This document shows positions 19,047 through 27,987 of a stretch of 64,000 nt of DNA, piece by piece. Each line of letters opens with the position of its first letter. Positions within the stretch are counted from its first letter, which is position 1. Below the pieces are notes generated by a model. The model made no database searches, was not told the origin of the DNA, and saw only the letters and a list, made by a program, of their open reading frames with translations. Origin of the DNA: Bacillota bacterium (lineage in GTDB: Bacteria; Bacillota; PH28-bin88); the NCBI GenBank assembly GCA_040757295.1, contig JBFLXH010000006.1, forward strand, positions 23,300 through 87,299. Direction: 5' to 3'. A program made the position numbers and the translations under genes.

Positions 19047-20267
19047 ATGCTGCCTGTAGTAGTATTAATTTTGGTTTTGGCCGTTACCATTTATCTCACC
19101 CAAAAAGGGTACCAGCTATACTGGGGGCTCCTTGGTGGCTCGGTTCTGTTAAGTATAGCAAATGGCAACGGGCTAATCAGCACAGCTCAGATCTTTGGTA
19201 AGGCCCTGGCTGCTCCCAAGACCCTGGAGTTAGTCATTGCTGTAACTATAGTATCCATAATGACCTCGGTGATGTCGTCGAGCAACCTCTTAGAGCGGAT
19301 GGTCGCAAGGCTTTCAGATTTTTTCAATAATCCTAAGCTAACCCTGATGGGCATCCCGGCTCTGGTGGGAGGCATTCCGGTAACCGGAGGGGCTATTATG
19401 TCTGCTCCGTTGGTGGGCCAGATCGGTGCATCCCTGGCCTTAAGCAATGCCCGCATGGCGGCAGTCAACATAATTTTCCGCCATGTCAGCATTTGGGTGC
19501 TGCCGTTTCGCCCAAACTACCTCTTGGCTGCCAGTTTGTCAGCTATACCCCTGTTTGACCTGGTCAAGGCCCAGGCCTCATTTACAGTCTTAGGCTTTTT
19601 GGTGGGGTACTGGTTTTTGCTGCGGGAAGCACAGGCTAAAGAGGAGCAGCAAGGGCAAAAAGCTAATCGTCTGCTGGCAGGACGGGATTTTCTAATCTAC
19701 TCTTCACCCCTCAGTATTATTTTAGTAGTGAGCGCTTTTGGCCTTAGGCTTGATTTGTCTTTGTTTCTCGGGTTAATCCTCTGCATGTTCTTTGCATGGG
19801 GTCATCCTAACTTTAAATTTCAATCAGTGATCAAGGGGATTAGGCCGGACCTTATTATGACCATGGTCTCTATAATTGTCTTTGCGAAAGCGGTCCATAG
19901 TATTGAAGTCTTGCCGAACCTTTTAAACAGTGTTGTTTCCTATGGTATTCCTTTCAACCTGCTGGTCTTTCTTGTCCCTTTGGTTGTCGGCTATCTCACG
20001 GCTGATATTACCACTTGTGTTGCCTTGGTCTTCCCTTTACTTTTACCCCTGGTGCCTGTCGAAACCAAGCTTTATTATGTCGTGGCTTTCTATGCAACGG
20101 GCATGATTTCTTACATGATTTCACCTTTGCATATGTGCCAGGTGTTAACCAACGACCACTTTGGGATTAATCTGTTTCAAATTTACCGGGAATACTGGGC
20201 CGTTCAGTTGGCCTTATTGGCCGGGATTATTACCTTCTTCTTTTTAGGTATTTATTGGCTTGGCTAG
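19047..20267 (+). CDS. integral membrane protein (DUF401-like, tentative)
   Basis: 406-aa ORF that is hydrophobic throughout with many predicted TM segments. The family name is from memory only. Confidence 0.75.
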   Translation: MLPVVVLILVLAVTIYLTQKGYQLYWGLLGGSVLLSIANGNGLISTAQIFGKALAAPKTLELVIAVTIVSIMTSVMSSSNLLERMVARLSDFFNNPKLTLMGIPALVGGIPVTGGAIMSAPLVGQIGASLALSNARMAAVNIIFRHVSIWVLPFRPNYLLAASLSAIPLFDLVKAQASFTVLGFLVGYWFLLREAQAKEEQQGQKANRLLAGRDFLIYSSPLSIILVVSAFGLRLDLSLFLGLILCMFFAWGHPNFKFQSVIKGIRPDLIMTMVSIIVFAKAVHSIEVLPNLLNSVVSYGIPFNLLVFLVPLVVGYLTADITTCVALVFPLLLPLVPVETKLYYVVAFYATGMISYMISPLHMCQVLTNDHFGINLFQIYREYWAVQLALLAGIITFFFLGIYWLG

Positions 20268-20273
20268 GCCATT

Positions 20274-20419
20274 TTTATCACAGATGGCTACCCGCTCTTA
20301 AGCCTACGCTTCTTTAAAGCGGCGGGAAATGCTCGGCAAAGGAAAAATATTAAAATCAATGAAGCCGAGTATATTTTGGCCGGTTCTCTCATTCTGACTC
20401 CTGACTCCTGTGTAGTTAC
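20274..20419 (+). repeat. hairpin-repeat family, TIR-bearing left half + variant right end
   Basis: Starts with TTTATCACAGATGGCTACCCGCTC, the inverted complement of the ends at 58631 and 60029. The first 86 nt match 36257-36342 with a single mismatch. The right part is the inverse of 12870-12922. Confidence 0.9.
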
Positions 20420-20685
20420 GTTTTATCATTCCATGTTTTTAGAAGCAGCTCCTTGGCCTTTTTAGGGAGCCTGCGAATCTCTTTCTCCTTTCTCAAAGCA
20501 TCTCCCCGGCTAGCCGTCTTTTCGGCGTAGACCAGTGTTACAGGGCGCCGCCCTCTGGTGAAAATAGCTCCTTTGCCGGCATTATGAAGGGCAACCCGGC
20601 GGGACAGGTCGATGGTCTGGCCAGTGTACATGGAGCCGTCAGAACACTTTAGTATGTAGACCCAAAACACAGGGGTATCACTCAT
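20416..20685 (-). CDS. GIY-YIG nuclease family protein (UPF0213-like)
   Basis: 89-aa ORF: FWVYILKCSDGSMYTGQT...RR...HN.GKGA..T, the typical small GIY-YIG domain. Confidence 0.88.
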   Translation of the reverse strand: MSDTPVFWVYILKCSDGSMYTGQTIDLSRRVALHNAGKGAIFTRGRRPVTLVYAEKTASRGDALRKEKEIRRLPKKAKELLLKTWNDKT

Positions 20686-20858
20686 TTATTACATCCCCCA
20701 AAATTAATCTCCACAGCAAAAAATGCAGGGATTCCAGCCTGGCGGTTCGAATTTTTTGATTATCAGCCAGGGTCTCTTGTTAAAGGCATCATTTCTATTT
20801 GTTGATGTTCGCCGTAATGCTGCCGGTTCCTGCATATACAGGTTTTAAGGAGTGAGGG

Positions 20859-21752
20859 TTGTTGTCCACTGGAAAGATCTTCGATATCATGCGCTATTCT
20901 ATCCATGATGGGCCAGGAATCAGAACAACGGTTTTTCTTAAAGGCTGCCCTCTTAACTGCTGGTGGTGCCACAACCCGGAAGGCAAGTCCCCGCAGGAGG
21001 AAATCATGTTCTGGCCCGACCGCTGTATCGGGTGTGACGAATGTCTGCAGGTCTGCTCCTCTGGGGCTATTAGTTCGCGGGAACTGGATAGCAAATGTAC
21101 CCTTTGCGGAAATTGTATCCCTGTATGTCATGCAGGGGCCCGGGAGCTGGTTGGTCGGCAGGTGGCTGTGAGCGATTTAATGCGGGAGATAGAAAAAGAT
21201 ATCGTTTTTTATGACCAATCCGGCGGCGGTGTAACTTTTTCCGGGGGAGAGCCTTTGATGCAGGCAGATTTCCTGCTGGCTATGCTGAAAAAGTGCGGGG
21301 AAAAGGAGATTCATGCGGCAGTTGATACAACAGGTTATGCAACGGCGGAAACAGTGCGCAAAATCAGCCCGTATACTGATTTATTTCTTTATGACTTGAA
21401 ACTAATAAATGATGAGGATCATCGAAAGTTCACCGGAGTGTCCAATAAACCTATTCTGGAAAACCTGCTTTTTCTTGCTTCCATCAACCATAACATAAAC
21501 GTCCGGATACCTATCATACCCGGCATAAACAACAGCGAAGAAAATATTTCTGCCATAGGGGAATTTATTTCCTCTTTAAAGGTTGTCAAAGAGATAAATA
21601 TTTTACCCTACCATAAAACCGGGGCAGAGAAATACTCCAGGCTAAAAAAAGTTTACCTGTTGCCAGAATTAGATCCCCCTGCTGCCGGCGAAATTGAGGT
21701 AATTGCTGCCAGGTTAAAGGCCTATGGCTTAAAAATAAAGGTGGGGGGTTAG
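20859..21752 (+). CDS. glycyl-radical enzyme activating protein (radical SAM with extra ferredoxin-like clusters)
   Basis: GKIFDIMRYSIHDGPGIRTTVFLKGCPLNCWWCHNPE (CX3CX2C), plus CIGCDECLQVC and CTLCGNCIPVC. It lies directly upstream of the GRE. Confidence 0.93.
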   Translation: MLSTGKIFDIMRYSIHDGPGIRTTVFLKGCPLNCWWCHNPEGKSPQEEIMFWPDRCIGCDECLQVCSSGAISSRELDSKCTLCGNCIPVCHAGARELVGRQVAVSDLMREIEKDIVFYDQSGGGVTFSGGEPLMQADFLLAMLKKCGEKEIHAAVDTTGYATAETVRKISPYTDLFLYDLKLINDEDHRKFTGVSNKPILENLLFLASINHNINVRIPIIPGINNSEENISAIGEFISSLKVVKEINILPYHKTGAEKYSRLKKVYLLPELDPPAAGEIEVIAARLKAYGLKIKVGG

Positions 21753-21757
21753 GTAAG

Positions 21758-24115
21758 ATGAACGATCGGGTAGCCAGACTGCGGAAAGAGAGTTTAGAGG
21801 CCATTCCCTCAATATCCACGGAAAGGGCTGAGTTGATTACTGAGTTTTATCAAAAAGCAGGAACTGTTTCGGCTCCGATGCGCAGGGCTTTGGCTTTTAA
21901 ACACTTGATGGAAAACAAAACCATCTGCATTAACGAGGGAGAATTGATTGTAGGCGAGCGAGGGCCAGCGCCAAAGGCGACACCAACCTATCCGGAACTG
22001 TGTTGTCACAGTCTTCAAGACCTGGATATTCTAAATTCAAGGGAAAAAATACCCTTTGCGGTCAGCCCGGAGGCGAGGGCCGTCTATGAAGAAAAGATAA
22101 TTCCCTTCTGGCAGGGCAAGTCTATGCGAGACCTTATTTTTGCCGAAATGGCGCCGGAGTGGAAGGCAGCTTATAAAAGCGGTATTTTTACCGAATTTAT
22201 GGAACAAAGGGCTCCAGGGCACACGGTTTTAGACGACAAAATATATCAGAAGGGCTTTCTTGACTTTAAAGAAGATATAAAAAAGAGCATGGAAAGCCTG
22301 GATTTTTTGAATGATTCCGATGCCTACAATAAAATGGAAGAATTGAAGGCCATGGACATCTGCGCTGATGCCATTATCCGCTTTGCCGAGCGTCACGGGG
22401 AAAAAGCCCAGGAACTGGCTCAAGCTGAACAGGATCCCATCCGGAAAGGAGAATTGGAAAAGATAGCGGAAATCTGCCTGCGGGTTCCGGCCCACCCACC
22501 GCAGACTTTCTGGGAGGCTTTGCAAGCCTACTGGTTTGTTCACCTTGGCGTGATCACTGAGCTCAACACCTGGGATGCCTTTAATCCGGGCAGGCTTGAT
22601 CAGCACCTGTATCCCTTTTATAAAAAGGGCCTGGCCGACGGCACCCTGACCCATGAGTCAGCCGAAGAACTGCTGCAGTGCTTTTGGGTTAAGTTTAATA
22701 ACCAGCCGGCCCCGCCAAAAGTAGGCGTAACAGCAGAAGAAAGCGGAACTTATACCGATTTTGCCAATATTAACACCGGGGGCTTAAGGGCGGACGGATC
22801 AGACGGCGTTAATGATGTTACCTATTTAGTCTTGGATGTAATCGATGAAATGGTATTACTGCAGCCCAGCTCCAATATCCAGCTAAGCAAAAAAAACCCT
22901 GACCGGTTCTTGAAGCGGGCCTGCAAGATTATTCGCAAGGGATGGGGCCAGCCGTCCATCTTTAATGCCGATACAGTGGTAGAGGAACTCCTCCGCCAGG
23001 GTAAATCCATTGAAGACGCCCGCAACGGCGGGACCAGCGGTTGTGTGGAAACCGGAGCCTTCGGAAAGGAAAGCTATATCCTAACGGGTTATTTAAACCT
23101 GGTCAAAATCCTGGAAGTAACCCTGAATAACGGCCTCGATCCCAGAACCGGCGAAAAAATCGGCCTGGAGACAGGGGACCCTGTGGGTTTTTCTTCCTTT
23201 GCAGATCTCATGGCTGCCTTCCGGCGGCAGCTTAAGCATTTTGTGGATATAAAAATTAAGGGCAACAACATCATCGAAAGGATGTACGCTGCTTATATGC
23301 CGGCGCCTTTCCTTTCAATTATTATTGACGATTGTATTGCCAAGGGGAAAGACTACAACGACGGCGGAGCCCGCTACAACACTAACTATATTCAAGGGGT
23401 GGGCCTAGGCAGCCTGACTGATGCCGTTTCTGCCATCAAGTTCCACGTTTTTGATGAGCATAACTTGACTATGGCGGAGCTGCTGGCAGCCCTTAGGGAC
23501 AACTTTTCGGGCCATGAGAAAACCCGGCGGCTGCTGTTAAACAAAACACCCAAGTTTGGCAACGATGATGATTATGCGGATGATGTCATGATGGATCTGT
23601 TTAACGCTTTTCATGATGAGGTCAGCGGGAGAAAAAACACCAAAGGCGGAAGGTATTACATTAACCTCCTGCCTACTACCTGCCACGTTTATTTCGGCTC
23701 TGTCACCGGCGCAACTCCTGACGGCAGAAAAGCCTGGCAGCCCCTTTCGGAAGGGATTTCTCCCGTCCAGGGTGCTGACCGTCACGGGCCAACGGCGGTT
23801 ATTAAGTCTGCGGCCAAAATGGACCATGCCCGGACTGGCGGCACCCTCTTAAATCAGAAGTTCACTCCCCAAGTTCTGGAAGGGGAGGAGGGTATCGACA
23901 ACCTGGCCCACCTGGTGCGCTCATACTTTAAATTGGGCGGCCACCATATCCAGTTTAACGTAGTCGATGCGGCAACCTTAAAGGCGGCCCAGTCCAATCC
24001 TGAGCAATACCGGGATTTGATTGTCCGGGTGGCCGGCTACAGCGATTACTTCTGCGACCTGAGCAAGGCTTTGCAGGATGAAATCATCGCCAGGACAGAG
24101 CACAAGTCTTTTTAA
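21758..24115 (+). CDS. glycyl radical enzyme, PFL2/dehydratase clade, trans-4-hydroxy-L-proline dehydratase (HypD)-like
   Basis: 785-aa ORF with the glycyl radical motif RVAGYSDYF and the catalytic Cys loop GGTSGCVETG. Long stretches (FTEFMEQRAPGHT, WVKFNNQPAPPKVG, NKTPKFGNDDDYAD) match my recollection of Clostridioides HypD. The GRE call is firm; the substrate call is tentative. Confidence 0.85.
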   Translation: MNDRVARLRKESLEAIPSISTERAELITEFYQKAGTVSAPMRRALAFKHLMENKTICINEGELIVGERGPAPKATPTYPELCCHSLQDLDILNSREKIPFAVSPEARAVYEEKIIPFWQGKSMRDLIFAEMAPEWKAAYKSGIFTEFMEQRAPGHTVLDDKIYQKGFLDFKEDIKKSMESLDFLNDSDAYNKMEELKAMDICADAIIRFAERHGEKAQELAQAEQDPIRKGELEKIAEICLRVPAHPPQTFWEALQAYWFVHLGVITELNTWDAFNPGRLDQHLYPFYKKGLADGTLTHESAEELLQCFWVKFNNQPAPPKVGVTAEESGTYTDFANINTGGLRADGSDGVNDVTYLVLDVIDEMVLLQPSSNIQLSKKNPDRFLKRACKIIRKGWGQPSIFNADTVVEELLRQGKSIEDARNGGTSGCVETGAFGKESYILTGYLNLVKILEVTLNNGLDPRTGEKIGLETGDPVGFSSFADLMAAFRRQLKHFVDIKIKGNNIIERMYAAYMPAPFLSIIIDDCIAKGKDYNDGGARYNTNYIQGVGLGSLTDAVSAIKFHVFDEHNLTMAELLAALRDNFSGHEKTRRLLLNKTPKFGNDDDYADDVMMDLFNAFHDEVSGRKNTKGGRYYINLLPTTCHVYFGSVTGATPDGRKAWQPLSEGISPVQGADRHGPTAVIKSAAKMDHARTGGTLLNQKFTPQVLEGEEGIDNLAHLVRSYFKLGGHHIQFNVVDAATLKAAQSNPEQYRDLIVRVAGYSDYFCDLSKALQDEIIARTEHKSF

Positions 24116-24283
24116 TAACACATAGGACATTATGCTCAGATAAACTGGTAGTCCTGGAAATGCGGAAAAGCTTAATTTCAATGCGGTTTTCGGAAACTGC
24201 CTTAAGCCCCTGGGCACCTCGGGACTCCGGTTAAATAGGGCTCTAGCTTTGTTCTATGGGCATAATAATCCTTTCCTTGCCCT

Positions 24284-24335
24284 AAGAAACTGTCTGAAAT
24301 CAGACACACATTTGTCTGTTATCCGACAGTTTCTT
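24284..24335 (+). promoter_or_regulatory. candidate enhancer (UAS) for the NtrC-type activator
   Basis: Nested palindromes: AAGAAACTGTC...GACAGTTTCTT (11-bp arms) enclosing TGTCTG-AAAT-CAGACA and CAGACA-CACATT-TGTCTG. It is centred about 95 bp upstream of the -24/-12 promoter. Confidence 0.45.
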
Positions 24336-24402
24336 CCGTTTCATGAAACTTTGGAGGCCTTTTTAGCAGGTGCTCGCGACAAAACACTGGGATTGCAGTG
24401 CT

Positions 24403-24417
24403 TGGCATGAATATTGC
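24403..24417 (+). promoter_or_regulatory. sigma-54 (-24/-12) promoter of the efflux/two-component operon
   Basis: TGGCATGAATATTGC matches TGGCAC-N5-TTGC with exact GG/GC spacing. It lies 56 nt upstream of the ATG at 24473. Confidence 0.75.
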
Positions 24418-24472
24418 GTAGAATGCTTTGTTGTCCAATGTAAATGTCGGAGTTTAGGAGGGGATTGAGCCA

Positions 24473-26137
24473 ATGCATTTATTAAAAAAATGGGGGATAT
24501 GGGTTCTGGTTGTAGTAATAATCACAGCATCTGCTTGGTATGGCTGGCAGAAATACTCGGTTCGCCGGGCCAGCGCCAATCAGGGGTCTCAAATGATGAC
24601 AGTTAAGGTGGAGCGGGGGAACCTGCAGGTTAGGGTTACCGGCACCGGAGCGGTGCAGGCGGCCAATCAGGAAGAGATCCGGACCAGAATGAGCGGCACT
24701 ATTAACAGAATGGCTATGAAAGACGGCCAACAGGTGCAGGCGGGGCAGGTATTGGCAGAGCTAGATGTTCAGGACTTGAGCCTGCAGATTGATAAGGCCA
24801 GGTTGGACATTACCATCCAAGAACGGGAACTGGCCAAACTGCGGCAGGAAAAGACTGTTGACACGGTTACTGCCCCCGGGTCAGGGGATATAGCCTGGAA
24901 GGTTAAAGCCGGTGATCGAGTGCAAGAGGGAGCCATTATCGCTACTCTGCAGGACAAGTCCCGGATGGAAATCGTGGGCCGGTTTAATTCCGCTCAAGTA
25001 GAGCACATCAAGGCTGGGCAGACAGCTGAGGTATTCCTGCCGGAATTCCTTTCTACTCTGTCAGCCAAAGTGGTTGAGGTTAACGCCTCTCCGAGGGCAG
25101 GGACCGGCGGCTCCATCCTGTATGATGTCCGGGCAGAGATAAAGAACCCAGGTGGGTTAACGTCTGGAATGAAAGCCAGGTTAAGTGTGGTTACCGGGAA
25201 TGGGACCTTGGGGGCGGTGGAGGATAGTGTCCTTAGCCTGCCCGAGCCAGTGGATTTGCGAGCGCCCATAACCGGCAAAATACAAGCTATTAGGGTAGAA
25301 AACGGCAGGACAGTGGCTTTAGGCCAATCCCTGGCAGAAATTTCCGACTCAGATCGGGCGGATAAACTTGTGGATCAGATTGCAACCGCTGAATTGCGCC
25401 TGCAGCAGGCCCGTCTTGATCTGGAGGATAAGGAACGGCAGCAAAGGGAACGGAACCAGAACCGCCTGGTGTTGGCTCCCATTGACGGCACCGTTGTTCT
25501 GCCCGCTAAACCGGTAGGTGTGGGAGACAGCGTTAACCAGGGAACTGTGTTCGGTAGGATTGTGGATTACTCTCAAATGCAGGTGGTCATCCCGGTGGAT
25601 GAACTGGATGTGGCCAAGGTGCGACCTGGCCAGCGGGTACGCCTGACTGCTGCTGCCCTCCCTGGGAAAAATATCAGCGGTGAGGTGCTGACGATTGCTG
25701 CCCAGGGGACTAGTCAAAGCGGTGTAGCTACCTTTGATGTGACTATCAAGATTGAACCAACTCAAGAATTAAAGGTGGGAATGACGGTAAATGCGGAAAT
25801 CGTTGTGGAGCAACGGCAAAATGTTTTGCTGGTTCCTATTGAAGCCGTGAATGAACAAAGAGGGCGCAGCATGGTGATGGTACCGGGAGAACCCGGAGAA
25901 GACGGAAAGCCAGGAAGCCCCAGGCCGGTGCAGGTCAGAACAGGGGCCTATGACGCGACCAGAATCGAAATTCTGGAGGGATTGCAGGAGGGGCAGCAGG
26001 TTCTCATCCAGGCTGCCCAGAGCAGGGCAGGCAACATACCTGTTATTCGTGTGCCGGGAATGGGTACCCCTGCCCCTGGGGGCGGCAACTTTAACCCACA
26101 ATCCCGTCCTGCCCAGCAAAGGGGTGGGGGCCAGTGA
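24473..26137 (+). CDS. HlyD/MacA-family efflux periplasmic adaptor
   Basis: 554-aa ORF with an N-terminal TM anchor, a coiled-coil segment and beta-barrel/lipoyl-like regions. It overlaps the ABC ATPase start. Confidence 0.88.
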   Translation: MHLLKKWGIWVLVVVIITASAWYGWQKYSVRRASANQGSQMMTVKVERGNLQVRVTGTGAVQAANQEEIRTRMSGTINRMAMKDGQQVQAGQVLAELDVQDLSLQIDKARLDITIQERELAKLRQEKTVDTVTAPGSGDIAWKVKAGDRVQEGAIIATLQDKSRMEIVGRFNSAQVEHIKAGQTAEVFLPEFLSTLSAKVVEVNASPRAGTGGSILYDVRAEIKNPGGLTSGMKARLSVVTGNGTLGAVEDSVLSLPEPVDLRAPITGKIQAIRVENGRTVALGQSLAEISDSDRADKLVDQIATAELRLQQARLDLEDKERQQRERNQNRLVLAPIDGTVVLPAKPVGVGDSVNQGTVFGRIVDYSQMQVVIPVDELDVAKVRPGQRVRLTAAALPGKNISGEVLTIAAQGTSQSGVATFDVTIKIEPTQELKVGMTVNAEIVVEQRQNVLLVPIEAVNEQRGRSMVMVPGEPGEDGKPGSPRPVQVRTGAYDATRIEILEGLQEGQQVLIQAAQSRAGNIPVIRVPGMGTPAPGGGNFNPQSRPAQQRGGGQ

Positions 26138-26820
26138 TGATCAGGATCGAGGGCTTAAAAAAGGTCTACCGTATGGATGGGGTAATAGTCGAGGCCTTAC
26201 GGGGGGTTGACCTCACAGTTGAGGCTGGGGAGTTTATGGCTATAGTGGGGCCATCGGGCTCGGGCAAGTCAACTTTAATGAATCTAATCGGGTGTTTGGA
26301 TGTGCCAACTGCCGGAAAATACTGGCTCAACGGGCACGAGGTCAGCCGGTTGTCCCCCAACCAGCTGGCTGAGGTGCGCAACCGGCAGATCGGGTTCGTA
26401 TTCCAAAGCTTTAATCTCCTTCCCAGGGTAACCGCTCTGGAAAACGTTGAGCGCCCCCTGGTTTACCGGGGAATGGGCGGGAAGGAGCGCCGGGAGCGAG
26501 CAATCCGGGCCCTTACCCAGGTTGGCTTAGCGGACCGCCTGCATCACCGGCCGACCCAGCTTTCCGGCGGCCAGCAGCAGCGGGTGGCAATTGCCCGGGC
26601 CCTGGTGGGGGATCCGGCCCTGATTCTGGCTGATGAGCCAACCGGCAACCTGGACAGCAAATCCGGTCAGGATGTGATGCGTCTCCTCAAAGAACTCCAT
26701 GCCCAGGGCAGGACCATCATGGTAATTACCCATGACCCGGAGGTTGCCCGTCACACCCAGCGCCAGGTGCGGATTCATGACGGGCAGATTTTGCGGGAAG
26801 AGGAGGGAGTGGCTTCATGA
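26134..26820 (+). CDS. ABC transporter ATP-binding protein (MacB/LolD type)
   Basis: Walker [10 protein letters not shown], signature LSGGQQQR, Walker [12 protein letters not shown]. Confidence 0.95.
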   Translation: MMIRIEGLKKVYRMDGVIVEALRGVDLTVEAGEFMAIVGPSGSGKSTLMNLIGCLDVPTAGKYWLNGHEVSRLSPNQLAEVRNRQIGFVFQSFNLLPRVTALENVERPLVYRGMGGKERRERAIRALTQVGLADRLHHRPTQLSGGQQQRVAIARALVGDPALILADEPTGNLDSKSGQDVMRLLKELHAQGRTIMVITHDPEVARHTQRQVRIHDGQILREEEGVAS

Positions 26821-27986
26821 ACCTGATTCAAGGTGTCCGCTTGGCTTTCGGGGCAATTTGGTCAAATAAGCTTCGTTCTTTTCTGACCATGCTGGGCGTA
26901 ATCATTGGCGTTTTTGCCGTTGTTGGCCTGGTTTCCCTTGGACAGGGCACAACCAAAAAGGTTACAGATCAGGTGAAGGAGATGGGTTCTAACCTGATCA
27001 CAATAAACATCACAGGGCGGGGGCCTTTAAGCAGCCTGACCTATGAAGAGGCTCTGGAACTGGCTTCCAGGCCGGGGGTCCAAGCGGTTGTTCCCATGGT
27101 TAGCGGGCGTGCCACCGTAAAGTTCGGCACCACCAGCGAGGAGACTTCCGTTGAGGGCTCCACCCCCGATTACCCGTCTGTCCGCAACCATTCTATCGGG
27201 CAGGGCCGGTATCTCTCTTCAACTGATATTCAAAACCGGCAGAAGGTGGCGGTGCTGGGGGCAGAGGTTGTAGATAAGCTCTTTTCTGGGGTTAATCCCT
27301 TGGGGAGGGAGATCTGGATCAATGGCGCTTCTTTTACCGTAATTGGCGTATTGAATAAAAAAGGAACCAGCATGGGCGGGTCCAACGACGACAAGGTGAT
27401 GATCCCTATTAGCACTGCCCAGCGGCTGTTGCGTAACGCAGGCATCCGCACGATATATGTCCAAGCTGAATCGCCAGAGTCTGTCCAGTGGGCAGTTGCC
27501 TCCCTGGAGGCAAGCCTGACCCGCCGCTTCCGGGATGCCAACGCTTTTCGCATATTCAACCAAGCTGATATACTGGATACCATGAGCCAGGTTACGGGCA
27601 CCCTAACCATGATGCTGGCTGGAATTGCGGGGATTTCCCTGCTGGTGGGAGGTATTGGGATCATGAATATCATGCTGGTCTCGGTTACGGAGCGGACGCG
27701 GGAAATCGGTGTGTGCAAGGCTTTGGGGGCTAAAAAGAGGGACATTTTAATGCAGTTTTTGGTGGAATCGGCAGTCATCAGCAGCATAGGCGGGGTGATT
27801 GGCCTTGCCTTGGGCTATGGCCTGATCAGGACTATCAGCAAGCTGGCCGGGCTTCCTGCTGTTTTTTCTCCCCAGGTAGTGGGGGTTGCTGTGGTTTTCT
27901 CGCTATTTGTAGGCATTTTCTTTGGCATGTACCCGGCCAACAAAGCGGCGAACCTGAACCCAATTGAAGCATTGAGGTCCGAGTAA
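26817..27986 (+). CDS. ABC transporter permease (MacB periplasmic core + FtsX domain)
   Basis: 389-aa ORF with an N-terminal TM, a large extracytoplasmic domain and a C-terminal FtsX-type 3-TM bundle (TERTREIG motif). Confidence 0.92.
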   Translation: MNLIQGVRLAFGAIWSNKLRSFLTMLGVIIGVFAVVGLVSLGQGTTKKVTDQVKEMGSNLITINITGRGPLSSLTYEEALELASRPGVQAVVPMVSGRATVKFGTTSEETSVEGSTPDYPSVRNHSIGQGRYLSSTDIQNRQKVAVLGAEVVDKLFSGVNPLGREIWINGASFTVIGVLNKKGTSMGGSNDDKVMIPISTAQRLLRNAGIRTIYVQAESPESVQWAVASLEASLTRRFRDANAFRIFNQADILDTMSQVTGTLTMMLAGIAGISLLVGGIGIMNIMLVSVTERTREIGVCKALGAKKRDILMQFLVESAVISSIGGVIGLALGYGLIRTISKLAGLPAVFSPQVVGVAVVFSLFVGIFFGMYPANKAANLNPIEALRSE

Positions 27987-27987
27987 G

